Under the pieces are notes generated by a model. That model was not told the DNA's origin and did no database searches. It saw only the letters and a list, made by a program, of their open reading frames with translations. Source: Selaginella moellendorffii (Eukaryota; Plantae; Lycopodiophyta). From it: DNA of 64,000 bases. The stretch covers positions 20,282-84,281 of the forward strand of contig NW_003314405.1 of the NCBI RefSeq assembly GCF_000143415.4, written 5' to 3'. How positions within the stretch are numbered: position 1 is the stretch's first letter; each line of letters begins with the position of its first letter. The position numbers and the translations under genes are program-made. Of this stretch, positions 62,088 to 64,000 are shown one piece after another.

Positions 62088-63930
62088 GCCTGAAAGCTTG
62101 GATTACCTGAGGCGAACATCGTCAAGAAAACGATCAAGCAAGAGATGAAATACCTGGAGGAAATGGTGTCAAGTTCAGAATGCCTCTTCAAACTTTTCTG
62201 GCGCCTGTGCTCTGGAAGCAGAGGAAGAACAGCGGCAGTGAGCATATGACGAGACAAATGGTGGCGTGGAATCATCAAATGCATGGTGCTGGGGAGGAGG
62301 AGCACCGATTCTCACAAGAAAACAGCGTCTTAAGATCATCTCTGGAGAAAAGGGGGAAAGCCTTCGTTTCTCGCCGAGGCCAACGAACAATTACTTAAGA
62401 ATACGTTTTCCCGAGTGAAACTGACGAAGCAGAGTGCAAGAGGAGAGAAGAAGCAAGCGATCCATTGGCCTATGGAACAAAAAAAGGAAGCAAAAGGACA
62501 GGGAATGCAGGGGAATCTACATGAAAAGAAGCTGTCATAAGTTACACACTTACACACACACAGCTCTCTCTCTCACACACACTTCAACTCTTTTCTTGTC
62601 AACACGAGTAATTTATGCGAGCGAAAGGGAATGAAAGAATCATTTGAGCATCTAAAGCATGGAAGGAAGCGAGGCACGTACTCTTTCTGGAAATCACGCT
62701 TATGGAACGTTTTTGTTTCGTCGGAGTGGCGCAACCAAACTGAAAGAATCACAAGCTCAGAACCACGAAAACAGAGGCAAAACAAAACAAGCTTACTCTT
62801 GAAAGGGGACGAAGAGAAGAATAACCAAAGGAGCCAAGCTTGGATTCGAGAGAGTTTGTCGAGTTCTCGAGGTGAGAGCCCTTTGCTCACTCAAAAACTC
62901 GGAGCCTTCTCTCCTTTGCGAGAGGAAGAGGGAGCGGGGGGAGTTTGCAATGAAGGTGGTGGTCGCATTTTATACTCTGGTTGGCCGACTAGAGACACTC
63001 AAGACATGGAAGAATAGTGGTGTGATAATTGCCCGACTATCATCAAAGGGGGTATAAGGGTGAGAACTTTGCTTTGAATCACTGGATATGCAGCTCGGGA
63101 TATGCTGAGAGAAGTCCCCCATACCACGGAGAAAGAAAGAGAACGAAAATAAATGCATTTTAGCTTATCTTCCATTCGCAATGCTCCACCTTGTTAGTGG
63201 CCCGATTATACTTTTCCTTTTCCTTGCCAGATTCTGCACGATTCTTCGCTAAGAAAGCCAAAACTTCTGGCTGTAAAGCATTGCACGTACCAGCCTGTGT
63301 GTTTTTAACATTGATCCGCATCGTTTTGTTGACGACGTGGACCCCAACCCGCCGGGTTTTTTCTCCTTCCATTTGCTGTTCATCGAAAGCTTGCTGAGAG
63401 ACGCGATTTAAATCCAGAATACAAACCTCTCCGTTGCTACTGATGAGTTTGATCCCTGTCGTTCCGACCTGAGTGTGCCTGATTCTCGCTTTTGATCCTG
63501 ATGTCACCCTGTTCTACAGCAACCACCATGAATGGATGAGTATAAATGTGTAAACATACCCTCGTCTTGTCGCAAGTGACACTACCGTTTGGAGTGGATT
63601 ATTAAAGACTTGTCGATCATAGATGGAATGTACACGCGTGTGCGTTTGGATCCACATTCCATTCCATTAAGTGTAGAACTGGCTCCTTTTCAATGCGTTG
63701 TAAGTCGACCTCGACCATCGATCGTCGCAGTAGGGGCTCCACACTGGCCTGAGTGGGCATCTGTCTCGTTTTTCTTCACCATATATCAATCTCAGTAAAC
63801 CTGGAATATATTTGTATGCCACTGCACACACAGCAGCATCCACAAAATTAGATTCCAGAGCTGATAACTTTTACATGGTCACCTGGCCGATGACTCGTGC
63901 TTATTTTTCGCCTATCGTTGGCTGTGCCTC

Positions 63931-64000
63931 CTACATTAGGACCAAAGGTCTTCCCGCATAACCATCAAGCCACGTTTCGTAATACACTCGCATAAGGCAT
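63931..64000 (-). pseudogene. SPP: Last exon of an SPP copy continuing beyond the window; carries an 8-bp frameshifting deletion relative to the copy at 6413-6490
   Basis: Reverse complement reads atgccttatgcgagtgtattacgaaacgtggcttgatgg vs left copy atgccttatgcgagtgcattacgaatccacgaaacgtgg (RIHETW). Confidence 0.6.

Overview
Gene-dense land-plant nuclear DNA with very short (about 45-70 bp) GT-AG introns. The style fits a lycophyte such as Selaginella, which is an inference. The right part (24-62 kb) holds an ordinary run of apparently intact genes: EIN3/EIL, organellar TyrRS, isopropylmalate synthase, V-ATPase subunit C, a PDE338/RLSB-like S1 protein, an LRRC40-like LRR protein, a type I inositol polyphosphate 5-phosphatase, a SAD2-like importin-beta, a Sec14/CRAL-TRIO protein, KCS, tRNA-Glu(CTC), a HIPP and PHO1. 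The left 12 kb is a patchwork of decaying gene copies: a direct duplicate of the EIN3 locus, an inverted duplicate of the SPP-PHO1 region from the far right end, and a KLHDC4/DUF4110 pseudogene. One junction carries 23 bp of filler copied from the KLHDC4 copy. Head-to-head with the dead KLHDC4 lies the most notable gene, an intact ~1440 aa TORNADO1-like Roco protein (RI/NLRP-type LRR, Roc GTPase, COR, coiled coil, C-terminal Cys/His module). It has an atypical G4 motif, strong CpG depletion toward its 3' end, a hidden terminal micro-exon, and a tandem array of degenerate copies of its C-terminal exon/intron module. It is a candidate NLR-analogous receptor in a rapidly rearranging locus. Exon boundaries of spliced genes were read by eye, and spans are given start codon to stop codon.
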